Translations under genes and position numbers: made by a program
Shown: positions 1 to 9,125 of the stretch, in pieces
How positions within the stretch are numbered: the first letter of the stretch is position 1
Layout: each line of letters begins with the position of its first letter
NCBI GenBank assembly: GCA_001788295.1
Contig: MGBO01000007.1
Location: forward strand, 14,263 to 78,262
DNA length: 64,000 bases
From: Candidatus Roizmanbacteria bacterium RIFOXYC1_FULL_41_16
GTDB taxonomy: Bacteria; Patescibacteriota; Microgenomatia; UBA1406
Direction: 5' to 3'
The notes under the pieces: generated by a model
Told to the model about the DNA's origin: nothing
Database searches by the model: none
What the model saw: the letters and a program-made list of their open reading frames with translations, nothing else

Positions 1-894
1 GACAACAAATTCGCCGCTTTAAATACGGCGGTTTGGTCTGGCGGCAGTTTTGTTTATATTCCCGAGGGCGTTAAAGTGGATTTGCCGTTGCAAGCATATT
101 TTCGCATTAATGCCGAGAATATGGGACAGTTTGAGCGCACTCTGATTATTGCGGAAAAAAACAGTTCGGTTCATTATATTGAGGGCTGTAGTGCTCCAAT
201 TTACTCAACAGCTTCTTTGCACTCGGCTGTGGTTGAAATTTTTGTTCAGGAAGGAGCTCAGGTACGCTACACCACCATTCAGAATTGGAGCCCCAATGTT
301 TACAATTTGGTGACCAAACGGGCTCAGGTACAAGCTCGGGCATCAATGCAGTGGATTGACGGCAATTTAGGATCAAAAGTGACGATGAAATATCCCAGTT
401 GTCATCTGGTTGGTCAGGGAGCGCGCGGTGAGGTGCTATCTTTGGCCTATGCCGCCAATAGTCAACATCAGGATGCGGGCGCAAAAATGTTACACCTGGC
501 TGACAATACCACCAGTCGGATCATTTCCAAATCAGTGTGCAAACAGGGTGGCCGGACTTCATACCGTGGTCTGAATTATATAAAAAAAGGCGCTAAAAAT
601 TGCCAAACCAAAGTGATATGTGACGCTCTGATTATGGATGAAAAGTCCCGCTCCGATACCTACCCGACTATGAAAATAGACGAACAGCGAGCCAAAGTTG
701 AGCATGAGGCCACTGTATCCAAAGTCAGTGAAGAGCAGCTGTTTTATCTGCAGAGTCGCGGTCTTACTCAGGAGCGGGCACAAAGTTTAATTGTAAACGG
801 TTTTTTGGAGCCAATTATTAAAGAACTGCCGCTGGAATACGCGGTTGAAATTAATCGTTTAATCAGTTTGCAAATGGAAGGCTCTGTTGGTTAA
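1..894 (+). CDS. sufB: Fe-S cluster assembly protein SufB (5'-truncated by window edge)
   Basis: Frame is open from base 1 ([21 protein letters not shown]). Motifs [42 protein letters not shown] and C-terminal MEGSVG. Confidence 0.97.
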   Translation, partial: DNKFAALNTAVWSGGSFVYIPEGVKVDLPLQAYFRINAENMGQFERTLIIAEKNSSVHYIEGCSAPIYSTASLHSAVVEIFVQEGAQVRYTTIQNWSPNVYNLVTKRAQVQARASMQWIDGNLGSKVTMKYPSCHLVGQGARGEVLSLAYAANSQHQDAGAKMLHLADNTTSRIISKSVCKQGGRTSYRGLNYIKKGAKNCQTKVICDALIMDEKSRSDTYPTMKIDEQRAKVEHEATVSKVSEEQLFYLQSRGLTQERAQSLIVNGFLEPIIKELPLEYAVEINRLISLQMEGSVG

Positions 895-1510
895 AACTTA
901 TTGGAATGTACCCAAGCTGAATTTCGTGACCAAACCAGATCAATCCGGAATTCTAGTAATTGTTTATTATCTTAATCAACAACAGCTAACTGTTAATTTG
1001 AACTTTGAGATTTTGAAAAACAACAATTTCAAAATTATGATTTTGGTAAATCTGATCGGGCAGAGTCAATTACATCTGACTACGACTCAAAATCATCTGG
1101 AAGCAAACAGTACTTCTGATCTGTTGTGTAAAGCCACTGTTGATCAGGATTCGCGATTCAGCTATTATGGTAAGGTTGTGATTAATAAAGCCGCCAATCA
1201 AGCTCATGCCTATCAGCGCAATGAAAATTTAATTCTTGATTCGGGTTCGACGATTGTCAGCGAGCCGAGCCTGGAAATTAAAGCCAATGACGTTTTTTGT
1301 ACTCACGGCTCATTCACCAGTTATCTTGATCCTTTGGAACTTTATTATTTACAGACTCGGGGATTGTCGCTTTGCGCCGCTGAAAAATTATTAACCAAGG
1401 GTTTTTTGCTTTCGGGATTAGACAAGTTATTGATTGAGCCGGTGATTACCGTTAGTCGTTTGGAAAATTTACGTCAACAGGTGGGCCATTATTTATTAAG
1501 CAATCACTAA
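887..1510 (+). CDS. sufD: SufD-like Fe-S assembly protein (short, C-terminal beta-helix part)
   Basis: [15 protein letters not shown] and YYLQTRGL motifs; directly follows sufB. Confidence 0.85.
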   Translation: MVKTYWNVPKLNFVTKPDQSGILVIVYYLNQQQLTVNLNFEILKNNNFKIMILVNLIGQSQLHLTTTQNHLEANSTSDLLCKATVDQDSRFSYYGKVVINKAANQAHAYQRNENLILDSGSTIVSEPSLEIKANDVFCTHGSFTSYLDPLELYYLQTRGLSLCAAEKLLTKGFLLSGLDKLLIEPVITVSRLENLRQQVGHYLLSNH

Positions 1511-1515
1511 TTTTT

Positions 1516-1878
1516 ATGTCAGATCAACTTTATCGCGAAGAAATTTTGGATCATTACCAGCATCCCCGTAACTGTCAAAAACCCAAGACTTACTCACGGT
1601 TTTTTAGTTTAAGTAACGTCAGTTGCGGTGACAAAATTACAGTGTATTTGCAGCTGGAAAAAGAAAAAATTAAGCAAATCAGCTACCAAATTAGTGGTTG
1701 TGCTATTTCGGTAGCTAGCGCCAGTATTCTGTCGCAAAAACTGAAAAACAAAACCAGAAGTCAGGTTCTCAAACTCACCAGTCTTGAAGTGCTGAAATTG
1801 TTAAAGCTCCAATTGACCCCCACCCGAGCTAAGTGCGCTCTCTTACCGGTTGAGGCGATTAAGAAATCACTGCTTTAA
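1516..1878 (+). CDS. sufU: SufU/IscU-family Fe-S scaffold
   Basis: LYREEILDHYQHPRN, NVSCGD, GCAISVASAS, RAKCALL (three conserved Cys). Confidence 0.92.
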   Translation: MSDQLYREEILDHYQHPRNCQKPKTYSRFFSLSNVSCGDKITVYLQLEKEKIKQISYQISGCAISVASASILSQKLKNKTRSQVLKLTSLEVLKLLKLQLTPTRAKCALLPVEAIKKSLL

Positions 1879-1892
1879 CAAGCGTACATAAA

Positions 1893-1920
1893 TTGCATTT
1901 TAAAATTAATCGTGTATAAT
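1893..1920 (+). promoter_or_regulatory. sigma70-type promoter of rpsO-pnp (near-leaderless)
   Basis: TTGCAT-16 bp-TATAAT, ending 8 nt before ATG 1929. Confidence 0.65.
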
Positions 1921-1928
1921 GTCTGTCT

Positions 1929-2351
1929 ATGGTAGAAAAAAAGAAAGAGACTAAAGTCAAAAAAACCGTTCCCAAAAAAGTCGCCCCTAAAAAAGTAACC
2001 CCCAAAAAGGTTGTCTCCAAGAAGGTCGCTCCCAAGAAAGTCGCTCCCAAAAAAGAAGTCAAAGCCCCTGCCGTGATTACTGATGCCGAAAAACAAGCGA
2101 TTATTAATAAATTTTCCACTCATTCAGGTGATACTGGCAGTCCAGAAGTTCAAGTAGCCATTTTAACCTGGAAGATTGTTAATCTTCAGAAACATTTACA
2201 AAATAATCAAAAAGACAATCATTCTCGTCGCGGATTATTGAAGATTGTTTCCAAAAGACGCCGAATTATGAAGTACCTTCGTGATAAGGATGAAAAAAGA
2301 TTTATCGCACTTGAACTAAAAATCAAAGAATATCAAGCAGACAACAAGTAA
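1929..2351 (+). CDS. rpsO: 30S ribosomal protein S15 with Lys-rich N-terminal repeat extension
   Basis: [13 protein letters not shown] and [18 protein letters not shown]; conserved rpsO-pnp gene order. Confidence 0.96.
   Translation: MVEKKKETKVKKTVPKKVAPKKVTPKKVVSKKVAPKKVAPKKEVKAPAVITDAEKQAIINKFSTHSGDTGSPEVQVAILTWKIVNLQKHLQNNQKDNHSRRGLLKIVSKRRRIMKYLRDKDEKRFIALELKIKEYQADNK
1959..2054 (+). repeat. Degenerate 15-bp tandem repeat encoding about six KK(V/T)(A/T/V)(P/S) units
   Basis: [32 protein letters not shown] in the S15 N-terminus. Confidence 0.9.
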
Positions 2352-2358
2352 TTTAATA

Positions 2359-4473
2359 ATGAACTCTTTAAAAAAAAATCTAGATCTGGCCGGTCGGCCT
2401 TTAACTTTTAGCATTGGTGAATTAGCTCAGCAGGCGACTGCCGCTGTTATTACTCAATACGGCGAAACAACCATTTTAACGACCGTGGTTGTGGGCAAAG
2501 AAAATACCCAATTGGACTATTTTCCTTTAAATGTCGAATATGTGGAAAAGTTATATGCCGGTGGTCGAATCAAAGGCTCTCGTTGGATTAAGCGTGAAGG
2601 CCGTCCAAATGATAATGCCATTTTGTCCGGTCGATTAATTGACCGTTCCATCAGGCCATTGTTTGACCCGTCGTTTCGACGTGATGTTCAAATCATCAAC
2701 ACTCTTTTATCTGTTGACGGGATCAATTCACCCGAAATTACCGCAGCTCTGGGAACCGCTTGTGCTTTGTCGCTTTGTTCTATTCCTTTCAAAGGTCCGG
2801 TGGCGACTGTCAAGATTGGTTATTTGATGGAAAGCGATGGTCAGAAAGGTCATTATGTTGTCAATCCCACTTCAGACGAAGAGTTGTTGCAGGATTTTGA
2901 AATTACCTTTTCGATCACTAACGACAAAGTCGTGATGATTGAAGCCGAAGGTAATCAGTTTAGCGAAGAGCAATTTATGGAGGCTTTTTCAGTTGCTCAA
3001 AAAGAAGCAGACAGATTAAACACTCTTTTTAAAGATCTGGCCAAAGAGGCGAATGTTAAACCTTATGTCATGGAACCGGATCAGGCGATTACAATTGCCA
3101 AAGAACTGGCTCAAAAGTATCAGTCCGAATTCACTCAGGTTTTGGAGGAAAGAGCCACTAAAGAAGGAGGTAGTAATAGCACTGCTTTTGATGAGTTGCT
3201 TAATTTGATTGTCGAAAAATACGAAGTTGACGCCAAAGAGGCTGGTCGTATCAGTGAACTGGTCTTTAAGATCTTAATGAAAAAATTGGTTTTGGAGAAG
3301 AAAAAGCGAGTTGATGGCCGAGGTTTTGACGAAATTCGACCGCTTTCAGCCAAGGTGGGAATTTTACCCCGGACACACGGTTCGGCGATTTTCTCCCGCG
3401 GCAGCACTCAAGTATTGTCGATTGCGACTCTAGGCCCGCTCTCAATGCAACAATGGATTGAAAATCCTGAGGGCGAATTTATGAAAAAGTATATCCATCA
3501 TTATTTTATGCCGCCTTATTCTGTCGGTGAAACCGGCCGTAGCGGTTTTGTTTCTCGAAGAGAGATTGGTCATGGTGCCTTGGCGGAAAAAGCAGTTGAA
3601 CAGGTATTGCCGGTTGAAAATAAATTTCCTTATACCGTCAGAGTGGTGTCAGAAGTTTTATCCTCCAACGGTTCTACTTCAATGGCTTCAACCTGTGGTT
3701 CCTCTTTGGTTTTAATGGATGCCGGAGTGCCTATTAAAGAACAGGTTGGTGGAATTGCCGTAGGCATTGTTCGTAAAAACGACGATGAATATCAGCTATT
3801 GACCGATATTATTGGCATTGAGGATTTTTATGGTGAAATGGATTTCAAAGTGGCCGGGACCAAAAACGGCATTACCGCAATTCAATTGGATGTTAAAAGC
3901 TCAGGCATTACTGCCAAAATGATTAAAGAAACTCTTAAATTGGCCAAAGCCGCCAGACTGAAAGTTTTAGAGGTGATGAATAAAGCGATTTCGACCCCTC
4001 GGCCGGAAATGTCCAAATACGCTCCCAGAGTGGAAATCGTGACCCCGCCAGAGGAAAAGATCGGTGAAATTATCGGTCCGGGTGGTAAGAACATCAAAAA
4101 ACTAATTGCCGAAACAGGCTGTGACATTGATGTGGGCGAGGACGGTCGCGTTTCGATTTCCGGAGTTAATCCCCAAGCGGTTAAGCAAGCGGCCGATCGG
4201 ATTCGCAGTATCAGCAAGGTTTATGAACGGGGTGAGGCTTATACCGGCAAAGTGATTAAGGTCTTGGCTTTTGGTGCCATTGTTGAGATTGCGCCAGGCA
4301 AGGAAGGCTTACTTCACGTCAGCCGAATGGGTATGGGTTTTGTCAAAGATGCGAACGAAGTTTTCAAAATTGGTGACACCATCAAGATTATTGTTGATGA
4401 GATTGACGACAAAGGCAGACTTAAACTCAAAGCGGCCGAACCAAAAAAACCGGCTAAAGATTCTCGAGACTAA
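2359..4473 (+). CDS. pnp: Polyribonucleotide nucleotidyltransferase (PNPase)
   Basis: Two RNase PH domains (RLIDRSIRPLF, RREIGHGALA, SNGSTSMAS, GEMDFKVAGT), KH (IIGPGGKNIK) and S1 domains. Confidence 0.98.
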   Translation: MNSLKKNLDLAGRPLTFSIGELAQQATAAVITQYGETTILTTVVVGKENTQLDYFPLNVEYVEKLYAGGRIKGSRWIKREGRPNDNAILSGRLIDRSIRPLFDPSFRRDVQIINTLLSVDGINSPEITAALGTACALSLCSIPFKGPVATVKIGYLMESDGQKGHYVVNPTSDEELLQDFEITFSITNDKVVMIEAEGNQFSEEQFMEAFSVAQKEADRLNTLFKDLAKEANVKPYVMEPDQAITIAKELAQKYQSEFTQVLEERATKEGGSNSTAFDELLNLIVEKYEVDAKEAGRISELVFKILMKKLVLEKKKRVDGRGFDEIRPLSAKVGILPRTHGSAIFSRGSTQVLSIATLGPLSMQQWIENPEGEFMKKYIHHYFMPPYSVGETGRSGFVSRREIGHGALAEKAVEQVLPVENKFPYTVRVVSEVLSSNGSTSMASTCGSSLVLMDAGVPIKEQVGGIAVGIVRKNDDEYQLLTDIIGIEDFYGEMDFKVAGTKNGITAIQLDVKSSGITAKMIKETLKLAKAARLKVLEVMNKAISTPRPEMSKYAPRVEIVTPPEEKIGEIIGPGGKNIKKLIAETGCDIDVGEDGRVSISGVNPQAVKQAADRIRSISKVYERGEAYTGKVIKVLAFGAIVEIAPGKEGLLHVSRMGMGFVKDANEVFKIGDTIKIIVDEIDDKGRLKLKAAEPKKPAKDSRD

Positions 4474-4897
4474 CACTCATTATTGTATTTTCGTTTTCAT
4501 CCGTAACGACAAGTTTTTCTGAATTGGGATAAATGGGTAAATACAGGCTGATTTCAGAGTTGGGCTTGGTGATTAAATCATTTACTTCATAACCAGGATA
4601 AGTAAAGCGGGAAATCAAATATTGTTTTGGAACTTGAGTAAGATAAAGGACTTTATCGTTTTTGTCTAAGACTTTTGCCTGATAATATTTGGTTAGTTGA
4701 TCATTGCTGAACGACCGAGCCGGATAGGTTGATTCAACCGTAATTTTTTGCAGCTGCAGATCATTTTCCGACAACTGTTTAATAAGCACCTTTACCGCGC
4801 CAAATTTTTTTGGTTGCTGTCTTTGCCAAAACAAAAATACGGTGACGGCAATCAAGCCGATTATCAAAATAATCCCTACTAATTTATTACTTCTCAT
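4454..4897 (-). CDS. Hypothetical membrane-anchored protein
   Basis: 147 aa with an N-terminal hydrophobic helix; start overlaps the stop of the upstream peptidase gene. Confidence 0.7.
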   Translation of the reverse strand: MRSNKLVGIILIIGLIAVTVFLFWQRQQPKKFGAVKVLIKQLSENDLQLQKITVESTYPARSFSNDQLTKYYQAKVLDKNDKVLYLTQVPKQYLISRFTYPGYEVNDLITKPNSEISLYLPIYPNSEKLVVTDENENTIMSVSLENL

Positions 4898-6141
4898 TAG
4901 TATTTGTTAAAAAAAGCTTGCCACATCTCCAGAGAGGGTGGATTGTAATAGTCAATATACTCCGGATCATTATTCATGGTGCTGTGTTCTGTTGAGCGAA
5001 ACCAGTCGCGGTAGCCGCAGATTGGAAAACAACCGATCTGAGGATCATTCGGGTATTTTTCTCGCCACTCTTGACAGCGGCCCTGATCTTGTCCGGCACA
5101 GTTGTAATAATTAGCCGGCTCTTGTGATTCGGTTTGGAAATCATACTCATCAAATAAGCCAGGAAGTGCGTGACCGAGTTCATGAGGAGTGACAAAAAGA
5201 GAATGCTTTAAAACAACAGCCATCAGACCACCGATGGTTGAAAAACCGCCGGTGCCGTAACTGCTGGCCCTATCAGGATATTTTTGAGTAATAATCAAAA
5301 AAGCGTCTCCCTGGCAATTTTGCTGGGTTAATCTGGCCAAAGTCATATTAAGATCAACATTTTGCGGAGTCACTACGATTTGGTAATCCTTGGTAAGATC
5401 ACTGGAATAGCGAAAGGTAAATTTACTCATGGCAGTTACAGGCAGATTGGTTTTTTTCAGGCTCTCGACTGCGAGTTTGGCATCGGTTTCAAATTCTGTG
5501 AGGTTGCTATACTGATCCGGAATAATCACCAAGGTCAGTGGGCCGTTGCCTTCAATATTCGGACATCCGGGGATACTGATGGTAGAAGTGGGAACAGGGG
5601 TAATTTGAGGGATGGTGGGTGTCGGTTCTGGTGGAGTCTCGGTAGCTGTTAATATCGGGGTTGGGGTTGGAATATCAGTCGGACGGATAATCGGATTAGC
5701 GTTTAGTGTAAGAATTTGGTTCAGGTCAGTAACTGTTTTCAGAGTGGTGAAATACAGGTAGGCAATTGGCGCTTCACCGCTGTATTGTAGAGTCGTTGTT
5801 CCGTCAATTGTGATTTTGCCGGCTTGGCTAGTGTCTGAGGTGATGTCAAAAATGTCCCATTTTTTTACCTCATTTAATTTCAAGGAGTTTGGATCATAGT
5901 TTACGGTCACACTGCCTTGTTGGACTTGTTCGTTTTGGACGTTAATATAAAGTTTGATTTCCAATTCCCGGCCGGCCTCATAGCGACTGCCTTGAGTGAG
6001 AATTTGGTATCGGTAATTATAGGAAACAGTTGCTTGACTGTCTTTAGTGAGAGCTAGACCGGTAAAAATCAGAGAACAGATAATTAAAAAAGAAATAATC
6101 GGTTTCTTCATGAAATTTGGTATTGCATTTACTGTTGTCAT
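4897..6141 (-). CDS. Secreted protein: cohesin-like domain, Pro/Thr linker, M64-like zinc metallopeptidase domain
   Basis: Signal peptide; cohesin-like VTVNYDPNSLK and IAYLYF; PTPTP linker; HELGHALPGLFDEY zinc motif; Cys-rich tail with STM. Confidence 0.75.
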   Translation of the reverse strand: MTTVNAIPNFMKKPIISFLIICSLIFTGLALTKDSQATVSYNYRYQILTQGSRYEAGRELEIKLYINVQNEQVQQGSVTVNYDPNSLKLNEVKKWDIFDITSDTSQAGKITIDGTTTLQYSGEAPIAYLYFTTLKTVTDLNQILTLNANPIIRPTDIPTPTPILTATETPPEPTPTIPQITPVPTSTISIPGCPNIEGNGPLTLVIIPDQYSNLTEFETDAKLAVESLKKTNLPVTAMSKFTFRYSSDLTKDYQIVVTPQNVDLNMTLARLTQQNCQGDAFLIITQKYPDRASSYGTGGFSTIGGLMAVVLKHSLFVTPHELGHALPGLFDEYDFQTESQEPANYYNCAGQDQGRCQEWREKYPNDPQIGCFPICGYRDWFRSTEHSTMNNDPEYIDYYNPPSLEMWQAFFNKY

Positions 6142-6186
6142 TTAATATTATCAAAAAGATACTCCGACTTTAAGGAGTATTTTTTT
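6123..6186 (+). promoter_or_regulatory. Promoter plus 5' hairpin and U-tract upstream of the nucleotidyltransferase gene
   Basis: TTGCAT-17-TATTAT (6123-6151); stem ATACTCC/GGAGTAT (6159-6180) followed by a T run. Confidence 0.5.
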
Positions 6187-6194
6187 AAGGTTTA

Positions 6195-7193
6195 ATGAGT
6201 TCTGATACAAGAGTAACTCAAACAGAAGTCACTAAGCTTTTTGACCTCCGAACTGAACTTTGGACTTCACCTGAATCAGAATTAACCGAAATTGCCACGA
6301 GATATGGTTTATCTAATACTGAAGCTGACAAAAAAGCTATTTTATTGGCTTATTTAGAACGGCATTTTCCGCATTCTGCTAATAATGGCGAGCATTTCTT
6401 AAAAATGAAGGCGCAGGCCGAAACTCTTCATCGGCATTTTGCTGAGATTACCACTGACACTTGCATTTATCTTTTTGGTTCCTATAGTATTGGGACTATT
6501 AATGGTACTCATTCAGACTTAGATTTAATAGCCGGCTTAGGATCAAACCCTAATGATTTGGTTGCTTTTGAGCAATTAGAACGGGCGGGTGTTATTTATA
6601 GTCCAGAACTCTCATGTCTTGACAGAATGCAAAGTATTGTTGAAAGTGGCCATGGTTTGGCTAGAGTGTATGGCGTGTCTGAACAAGGCGTGGAAGTGGA
6701 GTTTCATGTGTTAGGCCGACATGATTTGGCTGCAATTCACAAACTTAAACCAGGCTTTGTAACCAGAGTTGTTCCAGTTCCTCCAAAAGAAGAAACTAGG
6801 ATTTCTTTTACGGGAGCGATTATGAACTTACCAAAAGATAGCACCACCGTTAATCATTACCTTTCTAATCAAGGTGAATACTATCGTGGTTTTTTTCCTG
6901 ACGCGATGATTATGAGCACTTTAGTGTTAGATTCAAAGGGTAAAGGACAAGAGGCACTAGATAATGTATGGTTTGCCAGCGTCAAGGCCTACTTATATCA
7001 CAACGGTTATCTAAAAAAAACGAGTCAAGGAATTGTTATTGACATCCAAAGAGCTAATTTTGATGAATTTTTATGTACGGTTATGCCGCAAAAAAGGGCC
7101 TTTACACCCGAGAGGTACCAAACAATGTCACGATCCTATCATCAAGCTTTGAATGAAATTGTCAATCGATATAAGTGTATTATATTGTCCTAG
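6195..7193 (+). CDS. Pol-beta superfamily nucleotidyltransferase domain protein
   Basis: IYLFGSYSIG...SDLDL (hGS...DxD) with a likely third acidic residue in EVEFH; remainder unrecognised. Confidence 0.7.
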   Translation: MSSDTRVTQTEVTKLFDLRTELWTSPESELTEIATRYGLSNTEADKKAILLAYLERHFPHSANNGEHFLKMKAQAETLHRHFAEITTDTCIYLFGSYSIGTINGTHSDLDLIAGLGSNPNDLVAFEQLERAGVIYSPELSCLDRMQSIVESGHGLARVYGVSEQGVEVEFHVLGRHDLAAIHKLKPGFVTRVVPVPPKEETRISFTGAIMNLPKDSTTVNHYLSNQGEYYRGFFPDAMIMSTLVLDSKGKGQEALDNVWFASVKAYLYHNGYLKKTSQGIVIDIQRANFDEFLCTVMPQKRAFTPERYQTMSRSYHQALNEIVNRYKCIILS

Positions 7194-7213
7194 CCTGCTA
7201 TATAATCCTAGCA

Positions 7214-8125
7214 ATGGTTGAGAAAAGCTTGTTTAGTAAGAAAGAACTTGATGGTCATCCTGGCTGGATAGCTCTGGGCCGCTTGAAAAGAGCGGGTTGT
7301 TCAGGAGTTGTGGCAGACTACGACGGAACTCTATTTGGACCTGGTTGTGGGACAGAATCAGTCGCCAGATTAATATATGAAGCGGCCAAAAAAATGGTGC
7401 CAGTGATCGCTACTGCTCGGGGTGCCACTTTTAGACGACAGCAGTTAAAATCCATAATCGAAGCGACAAGAACCAACCGGTTACTTAAACCAGTTTATAT
7501 TTCTTTGGGTAACGGAGCTTGGATTGATAAAGTAGCCAATGGTTATATCGAGACTATTTATGACAATAGTCTTACTATAGATGACACCAAAACTATCATT
7601 GCCGCTTATCAATCTTTGGGGATCCAATTAAAACCGGAAGATGACGCTTTTCGGCAAAAAGACCTGCAATTTCCTTGGGGTGATTTACTGTCTCCGGAAT
7701 ATCTGGAACTATCTCAACAATCAATGGGAGTTTGGGCAGAACCGATTAAATTAACACTGCTTTTTGGCCAAACCACACCAGAAGTCCTTAGAAAACATCA
7801 CCAGACGCTTAGTCAGGCTTTGCCACGATATCAAGTTAGTTGGGGTGGTAAACCGGTGATTGATGTTAGCAGAAAGATTATGATTAAAGGCAAGGAAATA
7901 GACGGAAAATTAGCAACGGCAATATTTATTTCTGAACTTGAGGATTTATCACTTGATAATATAGCTACTTTCGGTGATACACCAGACGGCAACGACAGAG
8001 CCTTACTGGAGCTACCTTATGGGTTTACAAATCAAGAAGGATATTTTGGCCGACCGTATTCTTTACCAGTAATTGGTTTACAAGCACAAAGAATTTATGA
8101 AGCAATTTACCTGCTGATGACCTGA
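7214..8125 (+). CDS. HAD-superfamily (IIB-like) phosphatase/phosphomutase
   Basis: Motif I DYDGTL, II ATARG, GNGA, III K, IV GDTPDGND. Start moved to ATG 7214, 7 nt after TATAAT. Confidence 0.8.
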   Translation: MVEKSLFSKKELDGHPGWIALGRLKRAGCSGVVADYDGTLFGPGCGTESVARLIYEAAKKMVPVIATARGATFRRQQLKSIIEATRTNRLLKPVYISLGNGAWIDKVANGYIETIYDNSLTIDDTKTIIAAYQSLGIQLKPEDDAFRQKDLQFPWGDLLSPEYLELSQQSMGVWAEPIKLTLLFGQTTPEVLRKHHQTLSQALPRYQVSWGGKPVIDVSRKIMIKGKEIDGKLATAIFISELEDLSLDNIATFGDTPDGNDRALLELPYGFTNQEGYFGRPYSLPVIGLQAQRIYEAIYLLMT

Positions 8126-8307
8126 TGCTCAGAGTCAGTTTCACCATGATTGTCTTCGCTATTACCACCAAAAAGATGTAACATTCCCGAAATTCCTTGA
8201 GCAAGCGATTCAGCCAAATTAGCTAAAGATAGTCTTGATTTTTGATGAAAAACCTCACCCTCACGGGTTTGTGCTGTCCATCCTTCTCGATCATTCCAAT
8301 CTGACAT
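8107..8307 (-). CDS. Small hypothetical protein (66 aa)
   Basis: ORF has a near-consensus promoter TTGCAA-17-TATAAT ending 6 nt before its ATG. Confidence 0.55.
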   Translation of the reverse strand: MSDWNDREGWTAQTREGEVFHQKSRLSLANLAESLAQGISGMLHLFGGNSEDNHGETDSEHQVISR

Positions 8308-8313
8308 GCCGAA

Positions 8314-8365
8314 ATTATACAGGACAAAGATTGGACTTGCAATTTTAATTTGAATCTAATAGGAT
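8314..8365. promoter_or_regulatory. Divergent promoter pair sharing one palindromic -35 (TTGCAA)
   Basis: TTGCAA 8337-8342 is 17 bp from TAGGAT (+, udk) and 17 bp from TATAAT (-, small ORF). Confidence 0.6.
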
Positions 8366-8374
8366 CAACAAAAT

Positions 8375-8989
8375 ATGCTTTGTAAACTTTTGATTGGCAT
8401 TGCCGGGGGAACCGGCGCCGGTAAAACTACTTTAGTAAAAATCCTTCAGCAGCAGTTTAGTGAACAGGTGGTTTGTCTTTCCCACGACAGTTATTACCGA
8501 GATCTGTCGTCTCTGTCTTTAGACGAGCGCCGCCAAGTTAATTTTGACCATCCCGATTCTTTGGAAACAGAGCTGATGATTAAACAGCTCAAAGAATTAA
8601 TCAAGGGTCAAAGCATTAAAGTGCCGATTTATGACTTTAATGTTAGCAATCGGACCGACAAAACTAGTTTAGTAAAGCCAAAATCGGTTGTCATTGTCGA
8701 GGGGATTTTGATTTTTGCCGATCCGATTTTAAGCGATCTGTTTCAGATCAAAGTGTTTGTCGACGCTCCGGCTGATGTCAGATTGGGGCGTCGAATTAAA
8801 CGTGACATAGAGGAGCGCGGGCGGACCTTAGAACATTCTCTTAATCAGTATTTGACTATGTCCAGACCAATGCATGAACAATATGTGGAGCCGAGTAAAA
8901 AATTTGCCGATGTTATTGTTCCGGAAGGAGGAAAGAATACAATTGCCACCCAAATGCTGATCAATCTGATTGAGAAATATCTGAAATAA
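8375..8989 (+). CDS. udk: Uridine kinase
   Basis: IGIAGGTGAGKTT, HDSYY, NFDHPDS, IVEGIL, RRIKRDIEERGR, PMHEQYVEPSK. Confidence 0.96.
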   Translation: MLCKLLIGIAGGTGAGKTTLVKILQQQFSEQVVCLSHDSYYRDLSSLSLDERRQVNFDHPDSLETELMIKQLKELIKGQSIKVPIYDFNVSNRTDKTSLVKPKSVVIVEGILIFADPILSDLFQIKVFVDAPADVRLGRRIKRDIEERGRTLEHSLNQYLTMSRPMHEQYVEPSKKFADVIVPEGGKNTIATQMLINLIEKYLK

Positions 8990-9013
8990 ACTTTGTCTGT
9001 TAATAATCTCTGC

Positions 9014-9125
9014 TTGCAATTTTGACCTTGACTTGCCATAATTAAATATGGAACAACCGCAAGTTGTTTTTTTTATTAATCACGCATTCATACCGCGCCC
9101 AAAAAGCGCGGCTTTTTTTTTATGA
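9014..9125 (+). promoter_or_regulatory. Promoter plus attenuator-like leader (25-codon uORF, two hairpin/U-tract units)
   Basis: TTGCAA-17-CATAAT (9014-9042); uORF 9048-9125; stems AACAAC/GTTGTT + T run and CCGCGC/GCGCGG + T9. Confidence 0.55.

Noticed and set aside
1859..2123. Two minus-strand ORFs with FLGAT-type repeats
   Set aside because: Antisense shadows of the S15 15-bp repeat.
6195..7193. CBASS cyclase or MNT-HEPN antitoxin call
   Set aside because: Only the generic GS...DxD motif is visible; no cognate effector or HEPN partner is adjacent.
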